A DNA stretch of 64,000 bases from contig CM052817.1 of NCBI GenBank assembly GCA_028534125.1, forward strand, positions 58,716,001-58,780,000, read 5' to 3'. Under the pieces are notes generated by a model that ran no database searches, had not been told where the DNA came from, and saw only the letters and a list, made by a program, of their open reading frames with translations. The stretch is from Lama glama (Eukaryota). Shown piece after piece: positions 27,301-41,945 of this stretch (position 1 is the stretch's first letter; each line of letters begins with the position of its first letter). The position numbers and the translations under genes were made by a program.

Positions 27301-30070
27301 AACAATGTTTATTATATACTTTGTCCATTTATTAAAATGTGTGTATGTATTTGATTATATTAAAAGTGAATTAAAAATAGGGATTAATGGAGACATTGTT
27401 GTTTACAAAAATGTTTAAGAACCATTATAATACTGCACTGTATTCCAGTGTACAACAAAACTGAGGTTGCTAATTGTTTCTTAAAGAAGCAGCAAGAGAT
27501 ATAAAAGTGTATCTGACAGTTGTGAACAATGTAACAGCAATATTTATTGATGAAAGAAAACACTATGCTGTACTATTATGCCTGCATACTTGTCTGAAAT
27601 ACTTTGACAATCACTAACTAAAAATAAGAGATGGACAAGCTTAATTATATTTATTTTCCAAATAAGGAAAATGGAATCTGAAGAAACTGACTTTCCAAAG
27701 GTCATATAACTTTCCTAACAAGTGATAAAGCTGTAGATTGTGCTTAGGCATTCCAGATCAAAAGTCAAGATTTTGTTTTGTATCCTGATTTCAGAATGCT
27801 GGTAAATTGAATGATTGCAAAACTCAATATAAATTATACATGAATTACACATACAAATATATAGATACTTGTATTTTATATATACATTATATATTAAAGG
27901 TTGAATTTATCTTAAAACTGCCTTATAGATTAGGCATAATTGTCATATTTACTATGAGAATGCTTAAGTAAGATGTGTAATACATTAGCTAAGGAAATAG
28001 TTCTGTAATATTGAAAATTATTTTTTCAAGTATCAAGCTTAGAGGAAAACCATGGACAGTTTTGCTAGATGTTTTAACAATTTTAACACATTTTATCTAT
28101 ATTTTAAATCATTTTCAAAATCTATTTTTTGTGCCTTGAAACATACACATGTTAAATGTTCTTATTTATTATATTTTTAAATATAAGCAACTTATCATTC
28201 TTGGTTAGATTTATGCCATATAGCTGTGTTTTAAATGATTTTTTACTGAAAACTCTAAGTATATTATGTACAATTTTGTATGTATGATTTTTATTTGGCA
28301 CAAATTTTCCTTGATAACAGTTGTATCATTTTTCAAAATTGCCTAAATTTGATATTGTTTTAAATATTTGTTTAGAAAAAAAATATACTTTCTTTTCCAT
28401 GTTTAACTTGATGCTAGAGAGAGGACTGTCCAAATATAACAACAGAATGCTTTTCATATTTTTTGTATATTGTGCCTATATGTTCATACAGGACTGTCTA
28501 AATATAGTTCTATCATATCTTAATTTGTTACATATAATCACTCTAAAAGGAATCTTTATCTTGGTGCTTTTTTTTGGCAATAGTAATCACTGTTATGCTG
28601 ATGTGTTTAAAAAAACTAACAAATACATTTTCAAGCATATGTCAATTTCATTTGATTTATATAGTTGAAACAGGTCCCAGTGTCAGTCTTAGATTCACGT
28701 ATATATCCTCCATTGAAAAGAACTGTTATTCTTGATATTAATAAGCATTGAGAACTGTTAGAATGTTCCATGCCTTCCAAGTGATGTGTTTTGATATCTG
28801 AATTTACATAATCCATTTATATCATTAACTGTAATGGAGAAAGTAGGATAGGCTGTAAAATGGAGGGAAAAAGGAGATGTTAGCATCTTTTATTTTTTAC
28901 CCCAAACCAAACATCCTGAGTATATCTATTGGGTGTTCATTTAACTGTGTTTTGTGAAAGCTTTTCTCTGCTTTGCTATTCTCCTCTTTGTACGTATAGG
29001 AGGTTGATGAACAGGAGGCACAAATGATAATAAAATATTTTCTGGTGAATGTTTCTAAGACTACCTGAAAGCTATTTGTTGCATCTTTAATTTTTAAACA
29101 TCATGGTCAGATTATATACGTATGAAATAAGGAAACCCTTATTTTAAATTATCTTCTTACCAAGTTCCTTTTTTAAAGACGAGGAAATTTGATGCGATAG
29201 CATTAGCATTCCTAGGGAAGAAAGGGCAAAAATAATGAAAAATGTGAGTACAAAGTGAATTCTGATGGACAAAAACAATTAATGTAGCAAGAGTAAAAGG
29301 ATCGTTGCCATATGTCCTCCCAAGATTTTTTAGATATATATATTTTTAAGTTTCCAATTTTTTTAAACATAAAAAAAGGTGACGGAAGTGTTACCTCACT
29401 CCTGTAAGGAAGAAAAACCACTAGCTTAAGGATTCCAGACTGTTTATCAAAGTTTAAGTACTAATAAATTTTGAATATAATGACCAGAGAGAGTGAATAA
29501 ATTTCATGCCTTCCTACTCAGGCTCTTTACAGAAGATTCTTCTTCATAAAGTTGGCAAGATTTCTGACCTAGAAAGAGATTTAGGTGTACCTTTTCTTTT
29601 TCTTCACTAAGAATACCAGAGTAAACTTGACAAAATAAATACCTTCATTTGGCAATAAATATGCTACACAGATTTTAATTTCATCATGGTTTGTATATGT
29701 TTTAAGAAGTTACTGAGTTAATGTAGATTTAGGGCTTAATATATATTACTAGTACACTTTTTATACAATGTTTTATGTTTTTTGGAGATCTGTCATCAGA
29801 TTGCCATTTGGTTGTAGCCACATGAATTTTAAGAATAGGATCCTGAAAATCAATGGCTGGCCTCTTGAAAACTACCTTTTCTGTTTCAGTAATGCAAATA
29901 CGACCTAAGTAAAAGTTTGCATATGCATAAACACTATGTATTACTGTTTTTCTAATGCTTTGTTTATCAGTATAACATATAGAAACCAAAAACATTTTAT
30001 TACTTTGATTTTAAAAAGTGAGCAGCATCTGGCAGTAGAATGTGATATATATTTGGAAATCTATTTCTGG

Positions 30071-30246
30071 TTTTTGTATTGTTTTTGTTTTTATTGAAGT
30101 ATAGTTGATTTACAATGTTGTGTTAGCTTCTGGTGTACAGCATAGTGATTCACTTATACACATATATATATATTTTCATTATTGGTTGCTGTAAGATATT
30201 GAATATAGTTTCCTGTGCTGTACAGCAGGACCTTGTTGATTTTATA
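30071..30246 (-). mobile_element. L1 3' tip with likely TSD TATTTCTGG
   Basis: T-rich tail, then attgaagtatagttgatttacaatgttgtgttagcttctggtgtacagcatagtgattc; tatttctgg occurs on both flanks. Confidence 0.8.
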
Positions 30247-31809
30247 TATTTCTGGGCTTTTTAACACGTTTATCGTGGTATGATTCCTGTACGGTAAACT
30301 ATACATATTATATATTGCTGGCTTTTAATGAGAAAAAATATTCAGTCCTGGTGAGGTGTAACACAAAAGATCAAGATTATCAAATAAGACACACAAATCA
30401 TAGATCTTACCCAATATTAAGGTTATACTAATCATTAAAAGTTACTGGCGATCAAGCTCAGGTGAAGGAGGGGAGAGATCTGCCAGGTTGACAGCTCTCC
30501 AAGCTTTTTCATCCCACATTGAACATCCACTCTCTGATTCAGAGTAATAAATCACATCCCCAAGTGAGATTTTGTGGGGTTACCTCACATGGTAACCTTT
30601 TATTCATGAAATATCTACATTTTATATCCCAACAATGTGACATTTTTCAGGGAGCCATGTTTATAATCCATAGATTCCAAGTTCATTTACTCAAATCTGT
30701 CCTTAACCAGGGATATATTATTGAAGTTTCCATTGATAAGGAGTCTCCTTCCAGCAACTATTATTAGCTTATTTTCCTAGTGATACAGTTTTCATGTTGA
30801 CAAGGTTAGAGGAGGTTACCTCTCTTCTTTTTCTTCACCTGGAGAAGAGTCAGTTGCTTTAACACCCCCTCCCCACCTATTTGATTTCAACAGTTCATTC
30901 TGAAAGTGATATTCTATTGGAATAAAATGATAAACCCAATGTGCTGGATTTTTCATTTCTCTTTAATTGTAAAGAAAATGCCTTATAGAAAAAGTATATC
31001 TGACCAAAATTGCAGTTGTTTTTGGTTTCTCTTCTGTGTTTCAAAACACAGTTTGAGGCAAGTTAGGAGATTGCTTTCCTGAAGATTATCTTTTTGTTTC
31101 ATTTTCTTTTTCACTTAAGGCAAGCTTTCGGGAATTACAATTTTTGAAAGTCAAGAATTTAATGATTTAGTTGGGGAAAAGTAAAATTTCTTAAAGTTTT
31201 TCTGCTAAGTTTTTCTATATACTATATACTATACTGCATAAGAGAAGAGCTATTTACTTAAGTTTATAAAATTTGTTTTATTTTTTCCATTTGCTATTTG
31301 TACAAAATTACTCCTATTGCAACAATAATCCATTTGACAAATTGGAATAGAGTAAATTCTTTGTTTTCTTCTTTCAGTTGTATTACATACCTCATTACAT
31401 ACTTTATTGAATATAAAATGACTGGCCTTAAAATATTTGTGATGTAGGTTTATGTAAAATCTCTATTCTTTTATATTTCCACTTGGTATATATCAATAAC
31501 ACAATAATACAATATTATAAATTGACTATACTTCAGTTAAAAAATATAGTAGAAAAACTCCTATAAAAGAAAACATGTAAGAAAAACTGAATTCAATATT
31601 TGGTTTATCTGTTCTGCTGCCACAAACAGACTGTGTTATTTCTAGCAAGTCTTAGTTCTTTTACTCACATCAATCCCCTAACCTATAGAGCTGTTTCTTA
31701 ACTCTTAACTTGTTCGTATGAAGAGGAAACCAAGTTTCATATTCCTGGGATTCTCCAGGCATAATCAAACTCCATCTTATCTTAAATCATACTGCAATGA
31801 TTTGCAGTG

Positions 31810-32045
31810 AATCAATAATGAGTAACATTTTTGATACTTCGTATATGTCCAGTGCTGTTTTAAAGGTTTTTCGTGTTTTAAATACTGTTCACAGGAGCTC
31901 ATAAGGTAGCTACTGTTACATGATACCTTTTTGCAAGGAAGAAAACTGAAACATAGAGAAGTTAAGAAATTTGCCAAAAATTACACTACTAGAAAATTAC
32001 TAGACTACATTTAAACATAGACCCTTAATATCAAGAGCTTGAACT
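31810..32045 (-). mobile_element. MIR remnant
   Basis: Antisense MIR core: gaagaaaactgaaacatagagaagttaagaaatttgccaaaaattacactactagaaa. Confidence 0.65.
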
Positions 32046-32049
32046 TTAT

Positions 32050-35018
32050 TATTATCATTATTTTAATTGAAGTATAGTTGATTCACAGTGTTATCTTAGT
32101 TTGAAGTGTACAACATAGTGATTCATTGCACTTATAGGTTAAACTCTACTTAAAATTACTATCAAATATTGGCTGTATTCTCTGTCCTGTACAATATATC
32201 CTTGTAACTTATTTTATATATAATTTATAACTTTTAATTTTCTGCCCTTATCTTGTCCCTCTCCCCTGCCCTCTCCCCACTGGTAACCACTAGTTTGTTC
32301 TGTGAGTCTGTTTCTTTATATTCACTGATTGGCTTTATATTTTTAGAGTCCACATATAAGTGATATCATACACTATTTGTCTTTCTTTGTCTGAATTATT
32401 TCACTAAGCATGCACCCTTAAGGTCCATCTATGTTGTGGCAGATGACAAAAATTCCATTCTTTTTTATGGCTGAGTAGTATTCCATTGTGTATATATGTA
32501 TCACTAATCCCTTATCATCATATATTGATGGATATTTAAGATGCTTCCATATCTTGGCTATTGTAAATAATACTGCTGTGAACATTGAGGTGGATGCATC
32601 ATTTTGAATAGTGTTTTCATTTTCTTCTAATGTATACCCAGGAATGAAATTGCTGGATCATATGGTTGTTCTATGTTTAGTTTCTTGAAGAACCTCCATA
32701 GTGGCTGCCCCAACTTAGATTCCTAACAACAGTGTTCTAGGGTTCCCTTTTCTCTACAACCTCACCAACATTTGTATTTGTGATCTTTGTAATGATAGCC
32801 ATTATGACAGATGTGAGGTGATAGGTCATTGTGGATCTGATTTTCACATCTATAATGATCAGTGACGTTGAACATCTTTTTATGTGCCTGTTGGTCATCT
32901 GTAAGTCTTTGAAAAAATGTTTAGATCTTCTGCCTATTTGTATTTGGGTTATTTAGTGGGCTTTTTTGGGGGTGTTTTTGTTGTTTTTTTTTTGGTATTG
33001 AGTTATATGAGTTTGTGTATTTTGGATATTAACCCTGCATCGGTTGCATCATTTGCAAATATTTTCTCCCATTCAGTAGATTGTCTTTTATTTTATCTAT
33101 GGTTTCCTTTGCTGTGCAAAAGCTTTTAATTTTAAGTAAGACCCATCTAGTTTTGCTTTTGTTTCCTTTGCCTTAAGAGACAGATCAATAAAAAATATTG
33201 CAATGATTTACATCAAAGAATGTTCTGCTTATGAGTTCTAGGAGTTTTATAGTTTCTGGTCTTACAGTTAGATCTTTAATACATTTTCAGTTTATTTTGT
33301 ATATGATGTGAGGGAATGTTCTAATTTCATTATTTCACATATAGTTGTCCAATTTTCCAAGCACCATTCTCCATTGTATATTTTTGCCTCTTTTGTTGTG
33401 GATTAATTGACCGTAAGTGTATGGGTTTATTTTGAGGCTCTCTATTCTTTTCCATTGATCTATGTGTCTATTTTTGTGTCAATACTATACTGTTTTGATT
33501 ACTATTGATCTGCAATATAGTATGAAATCTGGCAGTAAGATATGTCCAGATTTGTTCGTTTTCCTTGAGATTCCTGTGGTAATTCAAGGTCATCTGTGAT
33601 TCATATAAATTTTAAGATTATTCTAGTTATGTGAAAAATGTCATAATTATATTAATAGGGATTGCAGTAAATCAGTAGGTTGCTTTGTGTAGTATGATCA
33701 TTTTAATACTGTTAATTCTTCCAATCCATGAATATGGGATATATTGTCATTTCATTACATTATCTTCAATATCCTTCATCAGTGGCTTATAGTTTTCAGG
33801 GTATAGGTCTTTCACTTCCTTGGTTAAGTTTATTCCTAGGTATTTTGTTATTTTTGATGCAATTTTAAATGGGATTATTTTCTTGCTTTTTCTTTTTGAT
33901 AGTTCATTCTTAGTGTATAGGAAAGCAACAGATTTCTGTAGTGTTAATCTTGTATCCTTCAACTTTACTGTATTCGTTAGTTCTAATACTTTTTGTTTGA
34001 GATGTTAGGGTTTTCTAGATACAGTGTCACCTGCAGTTAGTGACAGGTTTACTTTTTCCCTTCTAATTTGGATGGCTTTTATTTCTTGTCTGATCGTTAT
34101 GGCTGAGACTTCAATACTATGTTAAATGGAAGTGTTGAGAATGGGCATCCTTTTGTTGCTTATATTAGAGAAAAAGCTTTCACCTTTTCACTTTTCAGTA
34201 TGATGTTAGCTGCGGGTTTGCCATATTTGTCCTTGATTATGTTGAAATATGTTGCTTTTTCACCCACTTTGAGCTTTTTTTAATCATGAATGGATATGTA
34301 ATTTTATCAAATGCTTTTTCTGCATGTGTTGCAATGATCCTGTGATTTTTATCCTTTTTTAATTATGTAATTCACATTGATGTTTGTGGATATTGAACCA
34401 TCCTTGCATGCCTAGAGTAAATCCTACTTGATTATAGTGTATGATCATTTTTATATGTTGCTTAATTCAGTTTGCTAACATTTTGTTTAGGATTTTTGCA
34501 TTTATATTCATCAGAGATACTGGCCTATAATTTTCCTTTTTTTTTGTTACATTGATATTGTTTTGGAATCAGTTTGGTGTCAGAATAATGATCTCATGGA
34601 ATGAATTTAAGAGTGTTCCCTTCTCTTCAACTTTTTGGAATAATTTGAGGATAAGCATTAGCTTTCTTTATATGTTTGGTAGAATTCCCTTGTGAAGCTG
34701 TTAAGTCTTGGACTTCTGTTTGTTGGGAGTTTTTTTATTACTAGTTTAATTTCACTACTAGTGATTTGTTCAGATTACCCATTTCTTCCTGATTCATTGT
34801 TGGAAGATTGTATGTTTCTAGAAATTTATCCATTTCTTCCAGGCTGTCCAATTTGTTGGCATATAATAACTGCTCATAGTATTCTCTTATGTTTGTATCT
34901 CTGTTGTGTTAGTTTTAGTTTTTCCTCTTTGATTTCTTATTCTGTTTATTTTGATCCTCTTTTTTTCTTGATGAGCCTGGCTAAAGGCTTACCAATTTTC
35001 TTTATCTTTTCAAAAAAA
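32050..35018 (-). mobile_element. 5'-truncated LINE-1, ~3 kb (3'UTR plus ORF2 into the RT region), decayed
   Basis: L1 3' end at about 32062. ORF 33747-33962(-) has the ORF2 motifs QKSVAFLYT and KYLGINLTKEVKDLY. Possible TSD ACTTT(T)ATTATT at both ends. Confidence 0.95.
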
Positions 35019-36044
35019 CTACTTTTATTATTTGTATTCTTTTTTCAGAGACTGTACTTTAAAATAAAACATAGCTCTCTATAGTTTTCTTATGTGAATC
35101 ACAGAATACTTAAATTTATCTATGATTGTTTTGTATATGCTACTTGTTTTTATCACCCCAACTTAGGTATTAACTCTTTTAAATGAGGAACACAATGTGT
35201 AAGATTTCTCAATCATTTTTTAAAGATTTTGGAGAGGAGTGGGTCTTAGGTGTAATTTAAGTTAGTCTCCTTCTGTACTGATTTAGTTAAGTAATTTGTC
35301 TGAAAATTGATTCAAAAAGTTTACGTATTTATGCAAAGTCACAACAGAAAGTTTATCAGAGCTTAAAGTATTCAGATTTGTTTATTTATTTTTTTTCAGA
35401 GCAAAATAGGACCAGCCTAATTCAGAATTTATATATGAACACTCATGGACCAAAAGACAGGATATTAAAGAGAATCCTGATTCATATTTTATATTCTCTA
35501 AAGTTGAACAGGTGTCTAGACTCCCAAGGGCTGGACATCAGCAAACTCCTTTTAACACTGATTATCAGTGTAACAAATATGGTAGAAAACCATACCAATA
35601 ATTGAAAAGCTGAAGTGGACAAAACTGTCTTCAACATCACAGGTGTACTGGTCATTGAAATCTCACTCCACTATACTTTGTTTCTCATACTGAGTCTACT
35701 TGTGCTACCCCTGCTGGAAAATTTTGGTGTACTAATACCAGAGAAAAAAGAAATGCTTTCCAAATGATGACAGTAAACTATTGGTGTCATTATTCTCATT
35801 GCACTCACTCTTATTTATCATAATTAGAAAAGGTAGTTTTATAAATCAAATATTATGCTTAACAGGAAAATAGCACATATATCATTTTGCCATATGCTAC
35901 TTAAAAATAGATGATATACCTACTTAAAAATATAAAATAAAATTCTATTAATGTTACTTTTTGCTTTTGATTTTTACAATTATAAGTAATGATACTAGTA
36001 TTATAAAAATGAGCAAATGAAAGGTACTGTACTTCCAAGTGGAG

Positions 36045-36290
36045 AGAATAATGGCTAATATTTATTAGGTGCTAGTATGTGCCAAGCAATATTTTAAGTG
36101 CTTTATGTGTTGACTCATGTACTCTTAAACAAAAAACAAGATAGATTGTACTATTCTCATTTTATAGAGAAGGATATTAAGACACAGCAAGGTGACATAA
36201 AATTCCCAAATGATTTATGAGTAGTGACAGGGCTGGAATATGAATCCAAACAGTCCTTATTCCAGAATTCACACCCTTAATCACTGCACT
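36045..36290 (-). mobile_element. MIR, near full length
   Basis: ataatggctaatatttattaggtgctagtatgtgccaagca, ctcattttatagagaaggatattaagacacag, gtgacagggctggaatatgaatcca. Confidence 0.75.
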
Positions 36291-36324
36291 ATATGGTTCC
36301 CCAAATAGAACAGAATAAACTGAA

Positions 36325-36692
36325 TCCATGGTTATGCTGCAGAAACAATTCCAAATTTTAGTGATTTCAACATCTTTTATTTGTTTATTGCTTGTGTCTA
36401 TTTCTGGCCAACAAGCAACTCTCCACCCTTACTGTAAGACTCAGGTTGATAGAACAATCTTCATCTATGATGTTGCAGCCTCTGAGGAAAAGAGTAAATC
36501 TCTAATTGCATATCGGTCTTCTGTTTCCACTCAGAGATGTCACATAACACTTCTACTCACGTTTCATTGGTCAAAATACAGTACATTATATGGCCAGCTA
36601 ATGAACTCCAAAGGGGCAGGGAGAACCAACCAATCATATGCCCAGAAGTGGAAAAACCATGAAAAACTGACACAGCACCAATACCCACTATT
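36325..36692 (-). mobile_element. Old MaLR LTR (MLT1K/L-like)
   Basis: ggttatgctgcagaaaca, cacttctactcacgtttcattggtca, aactccaaaggggcaggga, atatgcccagaag. Confidence 0.65.
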
Positions 36693-36740
36693 ATATCTTT
36701 CTTTTCTCTGAAATAATTTGGTTTTAATTAAAATGTGGGA

Positions 36741-38424
36741 TTTTTTAAAAAAATTATTTATTTTTTATTGCAGTGCAGTCAATTATAGTGTGTCAATTTC
36801 TGGTGTACAGCACAATGTCCCAGTCATACATATATATACATATATTCATTTTCATATTTTTTATAAAAATTATTACAAGATATTGAACATAGTCCCCTGT
36901 GCTATGCAGAAGAAACTTTGTCTATTTTTATATATAGTGGCTAGCATTTGTAAATCTCAAACTGCCAAATTTATTGCTACTCCCTTTCCCCAGTAACCAT
37001 AAGATTGTTTACTATGTCTGCAAGTCTTATTTCTGTTTTATGAATGAGCTCATAGTGTTCTATTTTTTCTTCTAGATTCCACATAGAGTATTTTTCTTTC
37101 TCTTTCTGGCTTACTTCACTTAGAATAACGATCTCTAGGTCCATCCATGTTGCTACAAATGGCATTATTTTATTTTTTATGGCTGAGTAATATTCCATTG
37201 TATACATACACCACAACTTCTTTATCCAGTCATCTGTCAGTAGACATTTAGGTTGTTTCCATGTTTTGGCTATTGTACATAGTGCTGCTATGAACATTGG
37301 GGTGCATGTATCTTTTTGAATTAGAGTTCTTTCCAGATATATACCCAGGAATGTGATTGCTGGAATATGCAGTAAGTCTATCTTTAGTCTTTTGAGGAAT
37401 CTCCATAGTGTTTTCCATAATGACTGCACCAAACTACATTCCCACCAACAGTAGAGGAGGATTCCCTTTTCTCCACAACTTCTTCAGCATTTATCGTTTG
37501 TTGACTTTAGAATGATGGCCATTCTGACTGGTGTGGGGTGATACTTCACTGTAGTTTTGATTTGCATTTCTCTGATAATTAGCAATATTGAGCATTTTTC
37601 ATGTGCCTATTGGCCATTTGTATGTCTTCATTGGAGAATTGCTTGTTTAGGTCCTCTGCCCATTTTGGGATTTGGTTGGTTGTTTTTCGTTATTAAGTTG
37701 TATAAGCTGTTTATATATTCTGGAAATTAAGCCTTTTGTCAGTTGCATCACTTGCAAATATTTTCTCCCATTCCATAGGTTATCATTTTGTTTTGTTTTG
37801 CTTATGGTTTGTTTTACTTTGCAAAAGCTTATGAGTTTAATTAGGTCCCATTTGTTTATTTTTGCTCTTATTTCCATTGCCTGCATAGACTGCTTTAGGA
37901 GAACATTGCTAAAATTTATGTCAGAGAATGTTTTGCCTTTATTTTCTTCTAGGAGATTTATCATGTCTTTAAGTGTTTAAGCCATTTTGAGTTTATTTTT
38001 GTGTATGGAGTGAGGGAGTGTTCTAACTGCATTGATTGACATGCTGCTATCCAGTTTTCCCAATTCCACTTGCTGGAGAAACTACCTTTTCTTCATTGTA
38101 TATTCTTGCCTCCTTTGTTGAAGATTAATTGACCATAGGTCTGTAGCTTTCTTTTCTGAGCTCTGTATTCTGTTCCATTGATTCATATGTCTGTTTTTAA
38201 TACCAGTACCATGATGTTTTGATTACTGTAGCTCTGTAATATTGTCTGAAGTCAGGGAGGGTTATTCCTACAGCTTTGTTCTTTTTCTTCAGTACTGCTT
38301 TGACAATTCTGGGTCTTTTGTGATTTCATATAAATTTTAGGATCATTTGTTCTAGTTCTGTTAAAAAATGAGTAATTTGATAGGGATCACATTAAATCTG
38401 TAGATTGCCTTGGGCAGTGAGGCC
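36741..38424 (-). mobile_element. 5'-truncated LINE-1, ~1.7 kb
   Basis: ORF 36977-37432(-) is the ORF2 C-terminus (CTPMFIAAL, WKQPKC, WMDLE); ORF 37647-37964(-) has KINKWDLIKL. Degenerate TSD AAAATG(T)GGGA near 36730 and 38425. Confidence 0.95.
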
Positions 38425-39819
38425 AAAATGGGGAAATTATTTGGTAAATATACTTACATAAAAATCCTTTGATTGCATCATAGTTTTCCAGAAGAATCTA
38501 ATTCAGAAATTTCTACTCATGTGTATATAACACTATCTTAATTTTTGATATATGACATAAATATGTTACTTGGCCCATATTCTTCAGATATATTTCAGTC
38601 ATTCCACTACATGTTGAAATATTTCTATTTTTATAAAAAATATGGCTGCTTATAATCAAGACAGTCTACTGAATTGCCTAGAATTTGTTGATGTTACCAC
38701 AGTACTCTTCCAGCTTTTTTAAAGTTATTTTAAAATAAATGTTCATGCTCATGTCTATAATAGAGTTTTTTTTTTTTTTCTAGGGCAATAGATTATATAG
38801 TACCTAAATGTCATTAGTGTGCTTGTCAGAATAAATCATGGTGACAGTTTTATTCGAACAACATTTTTTACTCATTTACCTCCTTACAAGCTTATTAAGC
38901 ACATTTTTCTCATGTAAGTATCTCTAGAGATTTTAAGAGACAAGTATAATATTTTAAATGTGTGAACAAAGCTGACTTTCTTGTTCTCAAACAATAGGCT
39001 TTTCTTGGTACAAAAAGAGAGAATTTGTATCAACTGAAACAAATAAGTTTCTTGTAATTTTTACCCTTCTAATTTAATGTTAAAGCCTTACCAAATTATC
39101 TCCCAAATCATGTATTATATTTTTAACTTTTATGATATAAAAATATGATCATCTGAAGTTCCCACAATACACAATATACATTTTTATTTAATGAAAAGTT
39201 TGTCTACTGAAACTTATAATCAAGTCAAACTGTCTTTCTGCATGTCTTTTCACTTTTTGAGTACCCACTGGAATCCTTGATATTACTTGTTGCTAATCCA
39301 TAATTAATTTATTGATCCCTGCTATACTAATGAATTCAAATTGTATGCAGATTCAAACTATTTCATTGTAAGAAAAATAGTTACATCAGTATTCTTTACA
39401 TCAGTATGGTAGTTACCAAATCTATCATTTACTTAAATTTTAGTCTAGATATAGTTATATACTTATGTATATATGCATATGAAATTACAGTTCTCACTTT
39501 TTTAGACTGACCTTTTACAAATTTATATTCAGAATATAGAAAATAATTATGTTTGAAGAGAGCATCAATCAAAATGTTAGGAATACATATTTTGTCTTTT
39601 CAATATTTTATTCACATTTGTATTTAATTATATTTATATCACACAAGGTGAAAAGTATTATCATCCTGTGTTTTACTGTCACAATGTCATATCAATAGAA
39701 TTTTTAAATTAACAAATTATGAAAAGATACTAATCCCAAATGTTTACCAATAATTAATTTTCTAAGTTTTGATATACAGACTCTGACAATCTTATGCTAT
39801 TATACTTTAGAAATTTACA

Positions 39820-41945
39820 AAAAACAAATAGCAAAATGAAACCACCAGATCATAGAGTATTAGTAAGATGTTTCTGTGCATATAAGAACAGTTTGAAAAT
39901 TAGATGCCTTCAAAATCAAAGACTAATATGAACCTTAGGGGCATGATGTTACAGGGTGGCTTAAATGTGAAAGTGAGGAAATTGTTTATACAGTGGTTGG
40001 TTATTACAATGAGTATATCTAGATGCTAGGGGATTGGTTAAAAATGATTACCTCATACAATTTTTAGGGAGATAAATTGTTTCATGATTGTCATAGACAT
40101 TTACAAGAAATAATCTAACTTTTGTTATGTTCATGAAATAAAATAGATTCAGTTTTGTTTATGTGACTTAAGTCTCATCTCCATTTTGTATTTAATTTTA
40201 ACAATTTCCCATTTTTGGTCATTCTTTCCATAGGCTAAAAATATGAGCAACTAGTGTACCATGACTACTGATTACCACTATTGATGCCAGAAAAATTATT
40301 TATTTGTTGTTTCTACCGGTTGAGTCATCAGGAAGGAGGGTCATTTAGTCATTGTTAACAATTTCATCATCAGCATAGACTTGGGTGCTCAAGTCAATCA
40401 GCTCAGGTTTTTCTAATCCTGATGGATCATGTGACATGTGAGTGGCTGCTGGCAGACACTTAAAACCTTTGAGAGAACACAACACATTACAGAGGTTAAT
40501 ATGTTGAGTAAATGGAAGATGACAGCCAAGGATTAAAAAATTCCCCATAACAGATTCCCAGAAGCCAGGAATTAACCAACTAAATAACCTAAACAGATTA
40601 TAATCAGATTCCCATTCTACTATTTTAAGTAGTTATTTTACTTTTAGTTATTTACAAAGGTACATGATATATTAGCAATCACTTATGCCCATGATTATTT
40701 AGAATAGCTGAACATGAGGATTTTTTCAATTGAAGTTTAATTGGCATACATTACTAGTTTCAGGTGTAACATATGAGGTAACATTTGTATTCATTTTAAA
40801 GTGATCAAATACAGAAAGTTACATAATTGTACACAGAACAAAAAATGCCTTAGCTCTTGAGATATTGGAAAGACTTAGTTTTTCTAAGTAATCTAAAACC
40901 TAATTAAGACAACAGGAAGCACAGGAAACAATTTCATAAGGCCAAGAACCTTTGTTTCCTAAGTAGATTATATTAACTATTAAAACACTTTTATAATCTT
41001 TTATTAAGGGTACACCAGTAACCTAAGAATTTTTTTGATTTTATGTCTATTGAATTTATTGCATCTAATGTGCCATATTACCCAGAATCATCAATTTTCC
41101 AAAAAGGCAAAAGCTCCAGGTCCATAGTGGGTATACACATAAGAAACAAGAGTTTTTTGAGGAACTGCAGAAAGAGTTTTAGGCTAGATGGAACCCACCT
41201 TTGCCTTTAGATTGCCTAAGACGTCTTAACTCTGAGGGGTCCTGTTTCTTAACAGTTGTTCCAAGACATAGGGAATCACGTATTTTCCTCTTTTGAACAA
41301 AATGACGTACCAAGAAGCTTCAATAAACAAACTACAGATATTGCACAATAAAGTCAGAAAGCCCAAAATGCAGAGAGCAGAGCTCAGATCTAAGAGAGAC
41401 AGCCTCAAACTTCAGGGTCAGTGCGAAAGCATTGTGCTCAATGGGTTCTGTGGGTACCAGCACCTGTTTACTTACTGGCCTTGGAGTCATTGGGGGGGTC
41501 TTTTCTGAATCCTACTTCCAACACAAGAAACTATCAGAAAGCCAAAATTAAAAACACCAAATCAATACATAGCATTTAGTAAGAGTTTATTGTACTTGTA
41601 AGAACAGTTTGCAAACTGGGTGCATTCATATTCAAAGACTAATATGAAGCTTAGGGGTATGATGTTACAAGGTGGCTTAAAAGTGAAAGTGAAAAAGTTG
41701 TTTACACTTTACAGTGATTGGTTATTACAATGCACACTTCCAAATAGCAGGGGATTTGCTAAAAATGATTATGTCATACCATTTTTAGGAAGATGACTTA
41801 AGTTCCTTTTATGATTGTCAAACATTTACAAGAAATAACCTATGTTCACGAAATAGTATAGATTAATTTTGCTGAAGTGGCTTAAAATGCATTTGTCTGT
41901 TCAGGGATTTCAGGTCTGGTATCCACTTTGTATTTAACTTTAACA
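39820..41945 (-). mobile_element. Internally deleted ERV1 provirus (MER67/MER31-group-like), two LTRs and ~1.3-kb interior
   Basis: Direct repeats at about 39820-40203 and 41532-41945, both ending TTTAACA on +. On the - strand, PPT AAAAATGGGAAAT abuts the 3' LTR (40204-40216), and TTGTGTTGGAAGTAGGAT beside the 5' LTR matches the tRNA-Leu PBS TGGTGTCAGAAGTGGGAT at 14/18. Confidence 0.85.

Noticed and set aside
29215..29248. Possible extra micro-exon ending AAT|GTGAGT
   Set aside because: The donor is good but there is no polypyrimidine tract and no similarity to CCSER1 peptide that I can recall.
36977..37964. 151-aa and 105-aa ORFs as host genes
   Set aside because: They are broken L1 ORF2 pieces within a truncated element.
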